DNA of 64,000 bases from Candidatus Eiseniibacteriota bacterium. GTDB lineage: Bacteria > Eisenbacteria > RBG-16-71-46. The notes under the pieces were generated by a model. That model ran no database searches, had not been told where the DNA came from, and saw only the letters and a program-made list of their open reading frames with translations. Both the position numbers and the translations under genes were made by a program. Shown piece after piece: positions 1-8,673 of the stretch. The stretch covers positions 512,001 to 576,000 of the forward strand of contig CAVSAC010000014.1 in assembly GCA_963725865.1 (NCBI GenBank), given 5' to 3'. Positions within the stretch are counted from its first letter, which is position 1, and every line of letters starts with the position of its first letter.

Positions 1-1077
1 GGCTCGGCGCCGAGCCGAGCGGGCCCGGTCGAGATCCACGCGATCGAGTTCGAGCGCCTCGCCCCGAGCGAGATCACGAGCCACCTCGACACGCTCGACC
101 TCAAGCTCACGCCGCAGCGCGGGCTGCGGCGCCTGCAGGGCGGCGCGCTGGTGCCGGTGAAGCGCCCCAGCGCCCGCGCCGGGCAGCGCGTGCTGTTGAT
201 CGTGCACGGCACGTTCAGCCACGGCGAGGCGATCACCGACGACCTCGCGGCGGCGCCCGGCGGGCCCGAGTTCCTCGCGGCGCTGGCGGCGACCTACGCC
301 GAAGTGCTGACGTTCGACCATCCCACGCTCGCCGTGAGCCCGCTGCTCAACGCGTTCGACCTCGAGCGCGCGCTCGCCGGCTGCCCGGCCACGTTCGACG
401 TGGTGGCGCACAGTCGCGGCGGGCTGGTGGCGCGCGCGTGGGCGGAGGCGTTCCGTGGCGGCACGCGCGGCGTGCGGCGGCTGGTGCTGGTGGGCTCGCC
501 GCTCGCGGGCACCAGCCTCGCCGCGCCACCGCGGCTGCGCGAGGCGCTCCAGTACGTCTCGAACGTGGGCGGGGCGCTCGCGGGGCTGTTGGGCGCGGCC
601 AACCCGTTCCTCGCGCTGGGCGCCGGCCTGATGCAGATCGTGACCTCGATCACCTCGCTGGTGGCGCACACGCCGCTGCTCGACGCGGCGGTCGCCCTGG
701 TCCCGGGCCTCGCCGCGCAGTCGCGGGTGGGCAATGCGCCCGAGATCCTGCGCATGCGCGCGGCCGGCGCGCTGCCGACCGCGCGCGTGTTCGCGGTGCG
801 CGCGGACTTCGAGCCGCCGCCGGTGGGCTGGGCGTTCTGGAAGCTGTTCGTGCAGGCGAAGCAGCGGCTCGCCGACGTGGGCGCGGACCTGCTGTTCCCG
901 GGCGCGAACGATCTGGTGGTGGACTACGACTCGGTGGTGAGCCTCGCCGACGATCGCAGCGTCCCGGCCGCGCAGTGCCGGGACTTCGGCACCCAGAACA
1001 CGGTCCACCACTGCAACTACTTCCGCCAGCGCGAGACCGTGAAGTTCCTGTCCGAGGTGCTGCTGCGCGAGCCGTGA
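1..1077 (+). CDS. Alpha/beta-hydrolase (lipase/esterase-like), 5'-partial
   Basis: Frame 1 is open from base 1. Motifs: VHGTFS oxyanion region, AHSRGG nucleophile elbow, GSPLAGT, NDLVVD acid, HHCNYF His. Confidence 0.75.
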   Translation, partial: GSAPSRAGPVEIHAIEFERLAPSEITSHLDTLDLKLTPQRGLRRLQGGALVPVKRPSARAGQRVLLIVHGTFSHGEAITDDLAAAPGGPEFLAALAATYAEVLTFDHPTLAVSPLLNAFDLERALAGCPATFDVVAHSRGGLVARAWAEAFRGGTRGVRRLVLVGSPLAGTSLAAPPRLREALQYVSNVGGALAGLLGAANPFLALGAGLMQIVTSITSLVAHTPLLDAAVALVPGLAAQSRVGNAPEILRMRAAGALPTARVFAVRADFEPPPVGWAFWKLFVQAKQRLADVGADLLFPGANDLVVDYDSVVSLADDRSVPAAQCRDFGTQNTVHHCNYFRQRETVKFLSEVLLREP

Positions 1078-1126
1078 GGCGGCGCGGCACGCCGCCCGCT
1101 CCGGCCGCCCGCGCGGATGGCGCGGC

Positions 1127-1597
1127 TCAGCCGGTGCCCCGGCCCTCGCCGAGCAGGTGCGCGATCGCGCCGCGGCGATACGCGAAGATCCGCTGGATCG
1201 TGGGACGCACGTAGAACGCGTGCACCGGGCGCGACAGCGGGTCGAACGCCAGCGCGTAGTCGACGCGGTCGCGCACCCAGGTGCCGCCGCGGCCCGCCTC
1301 GAAGCGATGGCGGTGCACCCAGTGCGGGTACGGCCCGCTCAACTGGCGGTCCACGAACCCCTGTCCGGGCGACCACTCCTCGATCCGCGTGACCCAGCGC
1401 GCCGGCATCCCGTGCAGGCGCAGCCGGTAGTCGATCAGCACGCCCTCTCCCATCGTGATCGGGAGCTGGGTGAGGACGCGGAAGTGGAGGAACGGCGGAG
1501 TGATGGCCTCGAGGTTCTCGGCGTCGGCGAAGAACGCGAACGTCTCGTCCAGTCCGGCTCCGACCCACTGCTCGGTCTCGAAGAAGTAAGTGCGCAT
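1127..1597 (-). CDS. SRPBCC family protein
   Basis: FAFFADAENLEAITPP, FVDRQLSGPYPHWVHRHRF, IFAYRR motifs; GAGG-like RBS region. Confidence 0.85.
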   Translation of the reverse strand: MRTYFFETEQWVGAGLDETFAFFADAENLEAITPPFLHFRVLTQLPITMGEGVLIDYRLRLHGMPARWVTRIEEWSPGQGFVDRQLSGPYPHWVHRHRFEAGRGGTWVRDRVDYALAFDPLSRPVHAFYVRPTIQRIFAYRRGAIAHLLGEGRGTG

Positions 1598-1643
1598 GGT
1601 GAGGTTCGGGGTAGGGGTTGGGAGGAGAGGTCGCGGCCGCTCG

Positions 1644-2930
1644 TCACTTCACCTGGAGCACCAGCCGCCACTGGCTGGGCCGCGACGGCACGCAGGTGAA
1701 TCCCGCGAACGCCGCCGGCGGGCCCGCGACGTAGCGCTGCAGGCGCGGCTCCACGTGCATCGCGAGCCGGTGCGGGCCGCAGGGCGCGAGCATCTCGAAC
1801 GGCCGCGGCACACCCATGAACAGCTCGACCGAGTCGCGCGACGCCGGGTGATCGTCGATCCACAGCGTGATCTTGAGATACTCGGGGATGCGCCGCTCGG
1901 AGCGCGCCTCGAGCGTGCCCTTGACCACGCACGCGCAGGTGTCGCTCGCCACCGGCGGCGCTGCGACCGGGGGCGCGGTCGCGCGCGGCGCGGCCACCGG
2001 GGCGCGCGACGGCGCGACCTCCGGCGCCGGGCGCGCGGTCGCGGGCGGACGGTCGGACACCTTCGGCCCCCGCGCCCCGGCCGACGGGAGCGAATCCGCG
2101 CGCGTGGTCCGCGCCTCCGCCGCGAGCGCGCGCAGCGAATCCTCGCGAGCCGTCCGCGCCCGCGCCTGGGCGACGCGCAGCGAATCCTCGCGGGCCCTGC
2201 GCGCGCGCGTGTCGGCCACCCGCAGCGACTCCGCGCGCGCCTTCGCGACGCGCGCCGCCAGCTGCTGCGCGGCCCGCTCGGTCGGCGCGGCCGTCCTGGT
2301 GCGGACGTGCGCCGAGTCCGCGGCGACGTGCGACGCCGGCGGGGTCGGACGCGGCGCGGGCGATCGCGCGGCGTCCGGACGCGCCACCACTTTCACGCCG
2401 GTCACCGGCACGACGACCTCGGCGAGCATCTCGACCGGCGCGTCGCCGACCTCCATGGACACCTGCGCGCCGGTGAAGTCGAGGTCGGCGAACACCACCG
2501 AGACGCTGCGGGCGGTCAGCGCGCCGGCGACCGCGTTCGCGAACGCGGCGTCGGGGGCCCGCACCCGCGCGCGCGCCGGCGGCCCCACGATCTCGATCTC
2601 GAGCCCCGCGGCGCCCTTGCCTCCCGCACGAACGAACGTCCAGCCGGCGCGCACCGGCGCCAACCGCAACGCGAGCGGAGTGCGCGCGAGCTCGTCGAGG
2701 CTCGGCAGCGGCAGGTAGAGCGCGTAGTTCCCGTGGGCATCGGTAACCGCGCGGGCCGCGCGGGTGCCCCCCGCGGCGACGGTGACGCCGCTCACCGCCC
2801 AGCCATCGGGTCCGGTGACGCGGCCTCGCACGAGCAGGGTGCGGGGCTCCGCGGCGCGGGCCGGCGCCACGGCCATCAACAGGAACGCGCACACGAGCGA
2901 GCGGGCGAACAGGGACGAGTGTGGAGACAT
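1644..2930 (-). CDS. Exported hypothetical protein: carboxypeptidase-regulatory-like N-terminal domain, (A/E)DSLR helical repeats, Pro/Ala linker, Cys-containing C-terminal domain
   Basis: The real start is MSPHSSLF (ATG 2930) inside the long track ORF 1644..5213. Signal peptide ends ARA|AEP; VRGRVTGPDGWAVSGVTV...TDAHGNY pattern. Confidence 0.65.
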   Translation of the reverse strand: MSPHSSLFARSLVCAFLLMAVAPARAAEPRTLLVRGRVTGPDGWAVSGVTVAAGGTRAARAVTDAHGNYALYLPLPSLDELARTPLALRLAPVRAGWTFVRAGGKGAAGLEIEIVGPPARARVRAPDAAFANAVAGALTARSVSVVFADLDFTGAQVSMEVGDAPVEMLAEVVVPVTGVKVVARPDAARSPAPRPTPPASHVAADSAHVRTRTAAPTERAAQQLAARVAKARAESLRVADTRARRAREDSLRVAQARARTAREDSLRALAAEARTTRADSLPSAGARGPKVSDRPPATARPAPEVAPSRAPVAAPRATAPPVAAPPVASDTCACVVKGTLEARSERRIPEYLKITLWIDDHPASRDSVELFMGVPRPFEMLAPCGPHRLAMHVEPRLQRYVAGPPAAFAGFTCVPSRPSQWRLVLQVK

Positions 2931-2944
2931 GGCGTGCGCAAGCA

Positions 2945-4981
2945 CTATAGCATCGGCTCGATGGGCGCCCGCAGGCGCTGGAACGCGCGGTCCATCTCCA
3001 CGTGCGTGCCGGTCAGCACCAGGGTGTCGCCGATCCGCAGCTCGAAGCCGGGCTCGAACGCGGTGATCGCCACGCCTCCACGCACGATCGCGATCGCGCG
3101 CGGCCCGCCGGGCCCCGCGAGCCCGAGCGCCTCCAGGGTGGAGCCGACCGCCGGCGAGTGCTGCAGCAGCAGAAAGGTGTCGGTGGTCCCCTCCGCGAGC
3201 AGCGTGTCGAGCTGCGCGATCACGTCCACCGGCAGCTTGCGGCCGCGCAGCAGGCTGTAGCGCTCCTGGCGCAGCAGGCGGATCTGCGCGTGGAGGATGT
3301 TGGTGGGCACGTGGAACTCGCGCAGCACCGCCGTGAAGATCTCGATCGAGGTCTCGAACTCCTCGGGCACCACCTGGTCGGCGCCCGCGGCGTAGAGCCC
3401 GTCGATCTCGTTCACGTAGCGCGTGCGCACGATGATGAACACGTCGCGCGAGATCCCGCGGGCGACGCGGCAGACCTGGCGCGTCGCGGTCGGGTCGCTG
3501 AGGGCCACCACCAGCACGCGCGCCCGCGCCACCCCCGCCTCGCGCAGGATGTCCACCTTGGTCACGTCGCCGGCGAACGCGCGGCTGCCTTCCTGGAGGG
3601 CGTCGCGGAGCGCGAGCGCGTCGAGGTCCACGACCACGTGCTTCACGCGGGTGGCGCGCAGCACGCGCGCGACGTTGTGGCCGTTGAGCCCGAAGCCCGC
3701 GATCACGACGTGATCGGCGAGCGGCGCGGCATGCGGCCCGCCGGCACCGCCGCCGGCCGCGGGTTCGTCCGCAGCGGCGGCCGCGCGTCCGGCGAAACGC
3801 CGCTCGAGCGCGAGCGCCCACTGCGGCGCGCGCGCGATCAGCAGCGGCGCCGCCAGCAGCGAGAACACCGCGCCGGTGAGAAACGCCTGCCCGCCCGCCA
3901 CGCCCAGCAACCCAGCCGCACCGCCCGCCTGGGCGAGCACGAACGAGAACTCGCCGACCTGCGCGAGCACCACGCCGGCCGCGCCCGCGATCCGCCACGG
4001 CATTCCCGTGAGCCGCAGCGCCAGCACCGCGAGGGCGCCCTTGACGACCACCAGCCCCACCGTGCTGGCCGCCAGCACCAGCGGGGAGCCCAGCAGCGCG
4101 CGCGGCTCGAACGACATCCCGATCGCGACGAAGAACACGCTCGCGAGCGTGTCGCGGAACGGCAGCACGTCGCTCGTGATGCGATGCCGCAGATCGCTCT
4201 CCGCGAGCATCAGGCCAGCGAGGAACGCGCCGATCGCCAGCGAGACCCCGGCGAGCGACGCGAGCCAGGCGCTGCCGAGCGCGACGAGCAGCACCGCGAA
4301 CAGGAACGCCTCGCGCGAGGTGCCACGCGCCGCGCGCCCGATCAGCCACGGGATGCCGCGGCGTGCGACGGCGAGCACCGCCACCGCCGCCACCACCAGC
4401 GCGAGCGCCCGGAGCGCGGAATCGAGCCTCAGCACGGGCGTGCTGAGCGTGCCGTTCTGCCAGCGCCCGAGCAGCGGTGTGACGAGCGCGATCGGCAGCA
4501 CCATCAGGTCCTGGAACAGGCACACCCCGGTGGCGGCGCGCCCGTGGGGCGCGTTCAGCTCGACGCGATCGGCGAGGGTCTTCAGGACCACCGCGGTGCT
4601 CGAGATCGAGACCAGCAGCCCGAAGAACACGGCCCGTGCGGGATGCAGACCGAACGCCACGAGCACCGCCGCCACCGCGCCGGTCGTGAGCACCGCCTGC
4701 AGCGCGCCCCCGACCAGCGCCGCGCGACCGAGGCGGCGCAGGTCGGCGAGCGAGAATTCGAGCCCGACCGTGAACAGCAGCAGCACCACGCCGAGGTCGG
4801 CCAGCGTGTGCACCAGCCGCTCGTCGCGGACCAGCCCGAACCCGCCCGGGCCGATCAGGATGCCCGTGACGATGAACCCGATCAGCGCTGGAACCCGCAG
4901 CCGCTGGAACAGCAGCAGCACCGCGAGCGAGGCGCCGGCCAGCAGCAGCAGCTCGCGCAGCACCGGAAGGTCGTGAGTCAT
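2945..4981 (-). CDS. CPA2 (Kef-type) cation/H+ antiporter with RCK_N (TrkA-N) and RCK_C (TrkA-C) domains
   Basis: GVVLLLFTVGLEFS, SISSTAVVLK, LFQDL, FFVAIGM, AQVGEFSFVL; GFGLNG Rossmann motif; C-terminal RCK_C (SPAVGSTL...LRIGDTLVLTG). Confidence 0.92.
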   Translation of the reverse strand: MTHDLPVLRELLLLAGASLAVLLLFQRLRVPALIGFIVTGILIGPGGFGLVRDERLVHTLADLGVVLLLFTVGLEFSLADLRRLGRAALVGGALQAVLTTGAVAAVLVAFGLHPARAVFFGLLVSISSTAVVLKTLADRVELNAPHGRAATGVCLFQDLMVLPIALVTPLLGRWQNGTLSTPVLRLDSALRALALVVAAVAVLAVARRGIPWLIGRAARGTSREAFLFAVLLVALGSAWLASLAGVSLAIGAFLAGLMLAESDLRHRITSDVLPFRDTLASVFFVAIGMSFEPRALLGSPLVLAASTVGLVVVKGALAVLALRLTGMPWRIAGAAGVVLAQVGEFSFVLAQAGGAAGLLGVAGGQAFLTGAVFSLLAAPLLIARAPQWALALERRFAGRAAAAADEPAAGGGAGGPHAAPLADHVVIAGFGLNGHNVARVLRATRVKHVVVDLDALALRDALQEGSRAFAGDVTKVDILREAGVARARVLVVALSDPTATRQVCRVARGISRDVFIIVRTRYVNEIDGLYAAGADQVVPEEFETSIEIFTAVLREFHVPTNILHAQIRLLRQERYSLLRGRKLPVDVIAQLDTLLAEGTTDTFLLLQHSPAVGSTLEALGLAGPGGPRAIAIVRGGVAITAFEPGFELRIGDTLVLTGTHVEMDRAFQRLRAPIEPML

Positions 4982-5074
4982 GGCGTGCCGCAGCATATCC
5001 CCGAGCCGACATCGCAAGCGAGCCGCCCGCGGCCGAAGGGATAGAGCCGCGCGAACGGCACGCTCTCGAGCTCC

Positions 5075-5223
5075 GCGGGGGTGGGTGCCGGCGGCTCAGC
5101 AGGAAGCGATCGTGAGCCGCGGCGCGGCAGGATGCCGCGCCGCGCGCGAACGCAGCGAAGTCGAGGGCAGGATGCCCGAGACGAAGCGACGCTTCCGGAA
5201 GAGCCGCCGGCACCCACCCCCGC
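5075..5223. repeat. 149-bp structured intergenic element: 23-bp perfect inverted repeat enclosing two GGCAGGATGCC hairpins (REP/MITE-like or sRNA)
   Basis: 5075-5097 GCGGGGGTGGGTGCCGGCGGCTC is the exact reverse complement of 5201-5223. Internal hairpins at 5118-5144 and 5165-5177 have GGA loops. Confidence 0.8.
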
Positions 5224-5228
5224 CGCCC

Positions 5229-5291
5229 GCTCGTGCACGAGCCGCGCCAGCTCGTGCACGAGCCGCGCCCGCTCGAGCACCCGCCCGTTCA
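5229..5291. repeat. 21-bp tandem repeat (2 near-perfect copies plus 1 degenerate) with palindromic core GCTCGTGCACGAGC
   Basis: 5229-5249 GCTCGTGCACGAGCCGCGCCA, 5250-5270 GCTCGTGCACGAGCCGCGCCC, 5271- GCTCGAGCACCCGCCC. Confidence 0.75.
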
Positions 5292-5320
5292 CCCGCGCCC
5301 AAGCGCCCGTGCACCAGCGG

Positions 5321-6685
5321 CTACTTCGCCAGCTCCTCGTACAGATACGCGCACGACTTCGTCCCGCCATGGAACGACGTCAGCGAGAACTTCTCGTTCG
5401 GCGCGTGGATCTGGTCGTCGGCGAGACCGAAGCCCATCAGGATGCTCGGCAGCCCGTGGGTCTTCTGGAACGTGGTCATCACCGGGATCGAGCCGCCCTC
5501 GCGGATCATCGCCGCCGGCTTGCTCCAGGCGCGGTCGAGCGCGCGCTTGGCCTTGAGCAGCATCGGCTCGTCGTAGGCGGTGATGAACGGCGGGGCGCCG
5601 TGCATGTCGATGACCTTCACCGTCACGCCCGGAGGCGCCACCTGCTTCACGTACGCCGCGTACTTCGGGAACAGCGCGGCGGGGTCCTGGCCCGGCACCA
5701 GGCGGAAGCTCACCTTGGCGGCGGCGAACGAGGGCAGCACGGTCTTGGCGCCCTCGCCGATGTAGCCGCTCCACATGCCGTTCACGTCGCAGGTGGGCCG
5801 GCACCAGATGCGCTCGAGCGTGCTCCAGCCCTTCTCGCCGAATGCCTGGGGGGCACCGCTCTCCTGGATGAAGCCGGCCTCGTCGAAGGGCGCCCGCGCG
5901 ATGACCTTGCGTTCGTCCTCCGACACCGCGAGCACGCCGTCATAGAAGCCCGGCACGCGGATGCGCCCGTCGGCGTCCTTGAGCGCGGCGACGATGGTGG
6001 CGAGTGCGTTGGCGGGGTTCATCACGGAGCCGCCGAACTCGCCCGAGTGCAGGTCGCGCGCCGGACCGGTGACCTCGATCTGCGTGTACATGAGCCCGCG
6101 CAGCGCGTAGCAGAGCGCCGGCTGGTCGGGCCCCAGCATCCCGGTGTCCGAGACCACGATGACGTCGGCGTCGAGCATCTGGCGGTGCTTCACCAGGAAC
6201 TTCTCGAGGTTGTCGCTGCCGACCTCCTCTTCGCCTTCGATCACCATCCGGAGGTTGACCGGCAGGCCGCCGTTCACCTGCATGTGCGCCTCGATCGCGC
6301 TCAGGTGCATGTAGACCTGTCCCTTGTCGTCGCACGCGCCGCGCGCGTAGAGCTTGCCGTCGCGCAACGTCGGCTCGAACGGCGGACTGGTCCATAGCTC
6401 GAGCGGCTCCGGCGGCTGCACGTCGTAGTGCCCGTACAGCAGCACCGTGGGCTTGCCGGGCGCACCCATCCACTCCGCGAACACGACCGGGTGGCCGTCG
6501 GTGGGCATCACCTCGGCGCGCGTCATGCCGATGCGCTTGAGGTGCGCGACCAGGTGCTCGGCGCAACGCAGCATGTCGGGCCGGTGCTCGGCCTTCGCGC
6601 TCACGCTCGGGATCCGCAGCACGGTCTTGAGGTTCTCGAGGAAGCGATCGCGGTTTTGTTCGAGATAGGTATCCAACGCGGACAT
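5321..6685 (-). CDS. M20/M25/M40 family metallo-dipeptidase (ArgE/DapE-like)
   Basis: YGHYDVQP, ARGACDDKGQ, EGEEEVGS, DLHSG, GGSIP, IHAPNEKF metal-binding motifs. Confidence 0.93.
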   Translation of the reverse strand: MSALDTYLEQNRDRFLENLKTVLRIPSVSAKAEHRPDMLRCAEHLVAHLKRIGMTRAEVMPTDGHPVVFAEWMGAPGKPTVLLYGHYDVQPPEPLELWTSPPFEPTLRDGKLYARGACDDKGQVYMHLSAIEAHMQVNGGLPVNLRMVIEGEEEVGSDNLEKFLVKHRQMLDADVIVVSDTGMLGPDQPALCYALRGLMYTQIEVTGPARDLHSGEFGGSVMNPANALATIVAALKDADGRIRVPGFYDGVLAVSEDERKVIARAPFDEAGFIQESGAPQAFGEKGWSTLERIWCRPTCDVNGMWSGYIGEGAKTVLPSFAAAKVSFRLVPGQDPAALFPKYAAYVKQVAPPGVTVKVIDMHGAPPFITAYDEPMLLKAKRALDRAWSKPAAMIREGGSIPVMTTFQKTHGLPSILMGFGLADDQIHAPNEKFSLTSFHGGTKSCAYLYEELAK

Positions 6686-6866
6686 GGCTGACTCCGGGAT
6701 GAGAGGTGGAGTGGAACGACGCGCGCGACTCTACCGCCCGGCCGGTGCAGGTGCCAGCACCGGCACCGCGCGGCGCGCGGCGGACCGCGGCGCGGGCTCT
6801 TGTCAGGGCCCGCATCATCTGCCACCATCGCGGCCGCTTCCTTTCCAGACCCCCTGCACGAGGACC

Positions 6867-7076
6867 ATGCACATCCGCATCCTGCGCAACGAGTGCTGCG
6901 GCAATGGCGAGTGCGTCGCCATCGCGCCCGACGTGTTCGCGCTCGACAGCAAGAACAAGGTGGTCGTCCTCGACGCCAATGCCGCCACGCCCGACGTGGT
7001 GCTCGAAGCGGCGGTGGCCTGCCCCTGCCAGGCGATCGTGCTCGAGGACGACGACGGCAAAGCGGTTCATCCCTAG
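6867..7076 (+). CDS. Single-cluster ferredoxin (probably [3Fe-4S])
   Basis: C-x-G-N-G-x-C...CP pattern (CCGNGEC...CPCQAI); GAGGA RBS before ATG 6867; 69 aa. Confidence 0.85.
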   Translation: MHIRILRNECCGNGECVAIAPDVFALDSKNKVVVLDANAATPDVVLEAAVACPCQAIVLEDDDGKAVHP

Positions 7077-7095
7077 CCGCGGCGCCGCTTCCCCG

Positions 7096-7497
7096 ATGAC
7101 GGTCGCACTCCACCTCACCCTGCTGCCCGCGCGGTTCGCGGTCTGCCGGCTGGCGCCCGAGGCCCCGATCCCGGCGTGGGTGTTCGCGGCCGACGCGGCA
7201 CTCTGGTCGATCACGCGCACCCGCGCGGAGACCTCGATCGTGGTCGAAGAGGCCGGCGTGCCCCCGAGCGTGGAGGTGGTCGAGCCGGGCTGGCGGGCGC
7301 TGGCGCTGCGCGGGCCGATCCCGTTCGCCACCACCGGGGTGATCGCCGGGCTGGCGGCCCCGCTGGCCGCCGCCGGGGTGCCGGTGTTCGTGCTGTCGAC
7401 CTACGACACCGATCTGATCCTGGTGAAGCAGACCGACTTCGAGCGGGCGGCGGCGGCGTTGCGGAGCGCCGGAGTCACGGTCGCCGATTCCGTCTGA
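7096..7497 (+). CDS. ACT-domain protein (ACT_7/CASTOR-like)
   Basis: FAVCRL, SITRT..ETSIV, GWRAL, GVIAGLAAPLAAAGVPVFVLSTYDTDLILVK. Confidence 0.88.
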   Translation: MTVALHLTLLPARFAVCRLAPEAPIPAWVFAADAALWSITRTRAETSIVVEEAGVPPSVEVVEPGWRALALRGPIPFATTGVIAGLAAPLAAAGVPVFVLSTYDTDLILVKQTDFERAAAALRSAGVTVADSV

Positions 7498-7697
7498 AGC
7501 CTCCGCCGGGGCCGGGGGCGGCCCGGCGCGCGGCCGCCGCCCGGGAGTCCCGGAACCACCGGCACCCCAGACTTCCCACGACAGGCCGCCGCGGGCGGGT
7601 TACTCTCCTGAGGCGCCGGACCCCATCCGGCAACCCCACGTCGGGCGCGACCCCGCGCGCCCCGCATCCTCGGACCGTTTCGCCTGCCGGAGGCATC

Positions 7698-8642
7698 ATG
7701 CGTCCCCGCGGCTCGCTCTTCTGCTTCGCCCTGCTCCTCGCGCTCGCGGCGGCGCCCGCGTTCGCGGCGCCCGGTTCCGGCGACCTCTACGTCATCTCGC
7801 AGTCGGCGACCGCTCAGCGCGTGGTGCGCATCGATCCCACCACCGGGGCGCAGCAGCTGGTTTCGGCCAACGGCCTGCTGACGCTGGTCGAGACCATCGC
7901 GCAGGGGCCCGACGGCTATCTCTACGTGCAGAACCCGACCGAGATCATCCGCATCGACCCGTGCAGCGGCGCCCAGAGCCTGCTGGCTCCCAACCTCTCG
8001 ACCGTGACCGGCTTCAACGCCATGGCCGCGCACTCGGACGGCTTCCTCTACTACACGTCCAACGGCGGCGGGGTCGGCAAGGTGGTGCGGCTGGACGTCG
8101 GCAGCGGCGCACAGACGATCGTCTCGAGCGGCGGCCAGTTCGCGACGCTGTACGGGATCGTGGAGGGACCCGATCACGCGCTCTACATCGCCAGCTACAG
8201 CAGCACCGCGACGCCGTGCGTGATCCGCGTCGACCGCAGCTCCGGGGCGCAGACCGTCGTCACCACCTCGCCGCCGGGCCTCAAGCCGTGGGGCGTGACG
8301 TTCGACGTGCGCGACACCCTCTACACCCTCTCGACCGCCGACCGTCGCGTGTTCCGCGTCGACGGCCTGTCGGGCGCGAGCGGGCCGCTGACGTCGCCGG
8401 ACGGCTATCCGGTGTTCTGGCTGGTCGCGCACGCGGACGGCGCGCTCTACTACACTCACGGCAACACGGTGCTGCTGCAGGGCGAGGTGATGCGCGTGGA
8501 CCCGCTCACCGGCGCCACCACGCTGTGCTCGAGCGCCGGCCTGCTGGGCCTCTCCGGATTCAACCTCACGGTCGCGCACGCCGCGTGCGCGACGCCGGCC
8601 GAGCGGCCGACGTGGGGCGAGTTGAAGTCGCGCTACCGTTAG
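7698..8642 (+). CDS. Exported beta-propeller protein with C-terminal TWGELKSRYR motif
   Basis: GGAGG RBS, signal peptide (AFA|AP), about 7 repeats of G-x-D-G-x-LY...V(I)R(I/V)D-x2-(S/T)GAQ. Confidence 0.8.
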   Translation: MRPRGSLFCFALLLALAAAPAFAAPGSGDLYVISQSATAQRVVRIDPTTGAQQLVSANGLLTLVETIAQGPDGYLYVQNPTEIIRIDPCSGAQSLLAPNLSTVTGFNAMAAHSDGFLYYTSNGGGVGKVVRLDVGSGAQTIVSSGGQFATLYGIVEGPDHALYIASYSSTATPCVIRVDRSSGAQTVVTTSPPGLKPWGVTFDVRDTLYTLSTADRRVFRVDGLSGASGPLTSPDGYPVFWLVAHADGALYYTHGNTVLLQGEVMRVDPLTGATTLCSSAGLLGLSGFNLTVAHAACATPAERPTWGELKSRYR

Positions 8643-8673
8643 GCGCGCGGGGCGCGGCCGGGCCGCGCCCTCC

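Noticed and set aside
1644..5213. 1189-aa track ORF as one protein
   Set aside because: The N-terminal part is an off-frame shadow of the Kef antiporter. Only 1644..2930 looks like a real protein.
5229..5291. Possible mini CRISPR array
   Set aside because: The repeats are directly adjacent with no spacers, only 2-3 units, and there are no cas genes.
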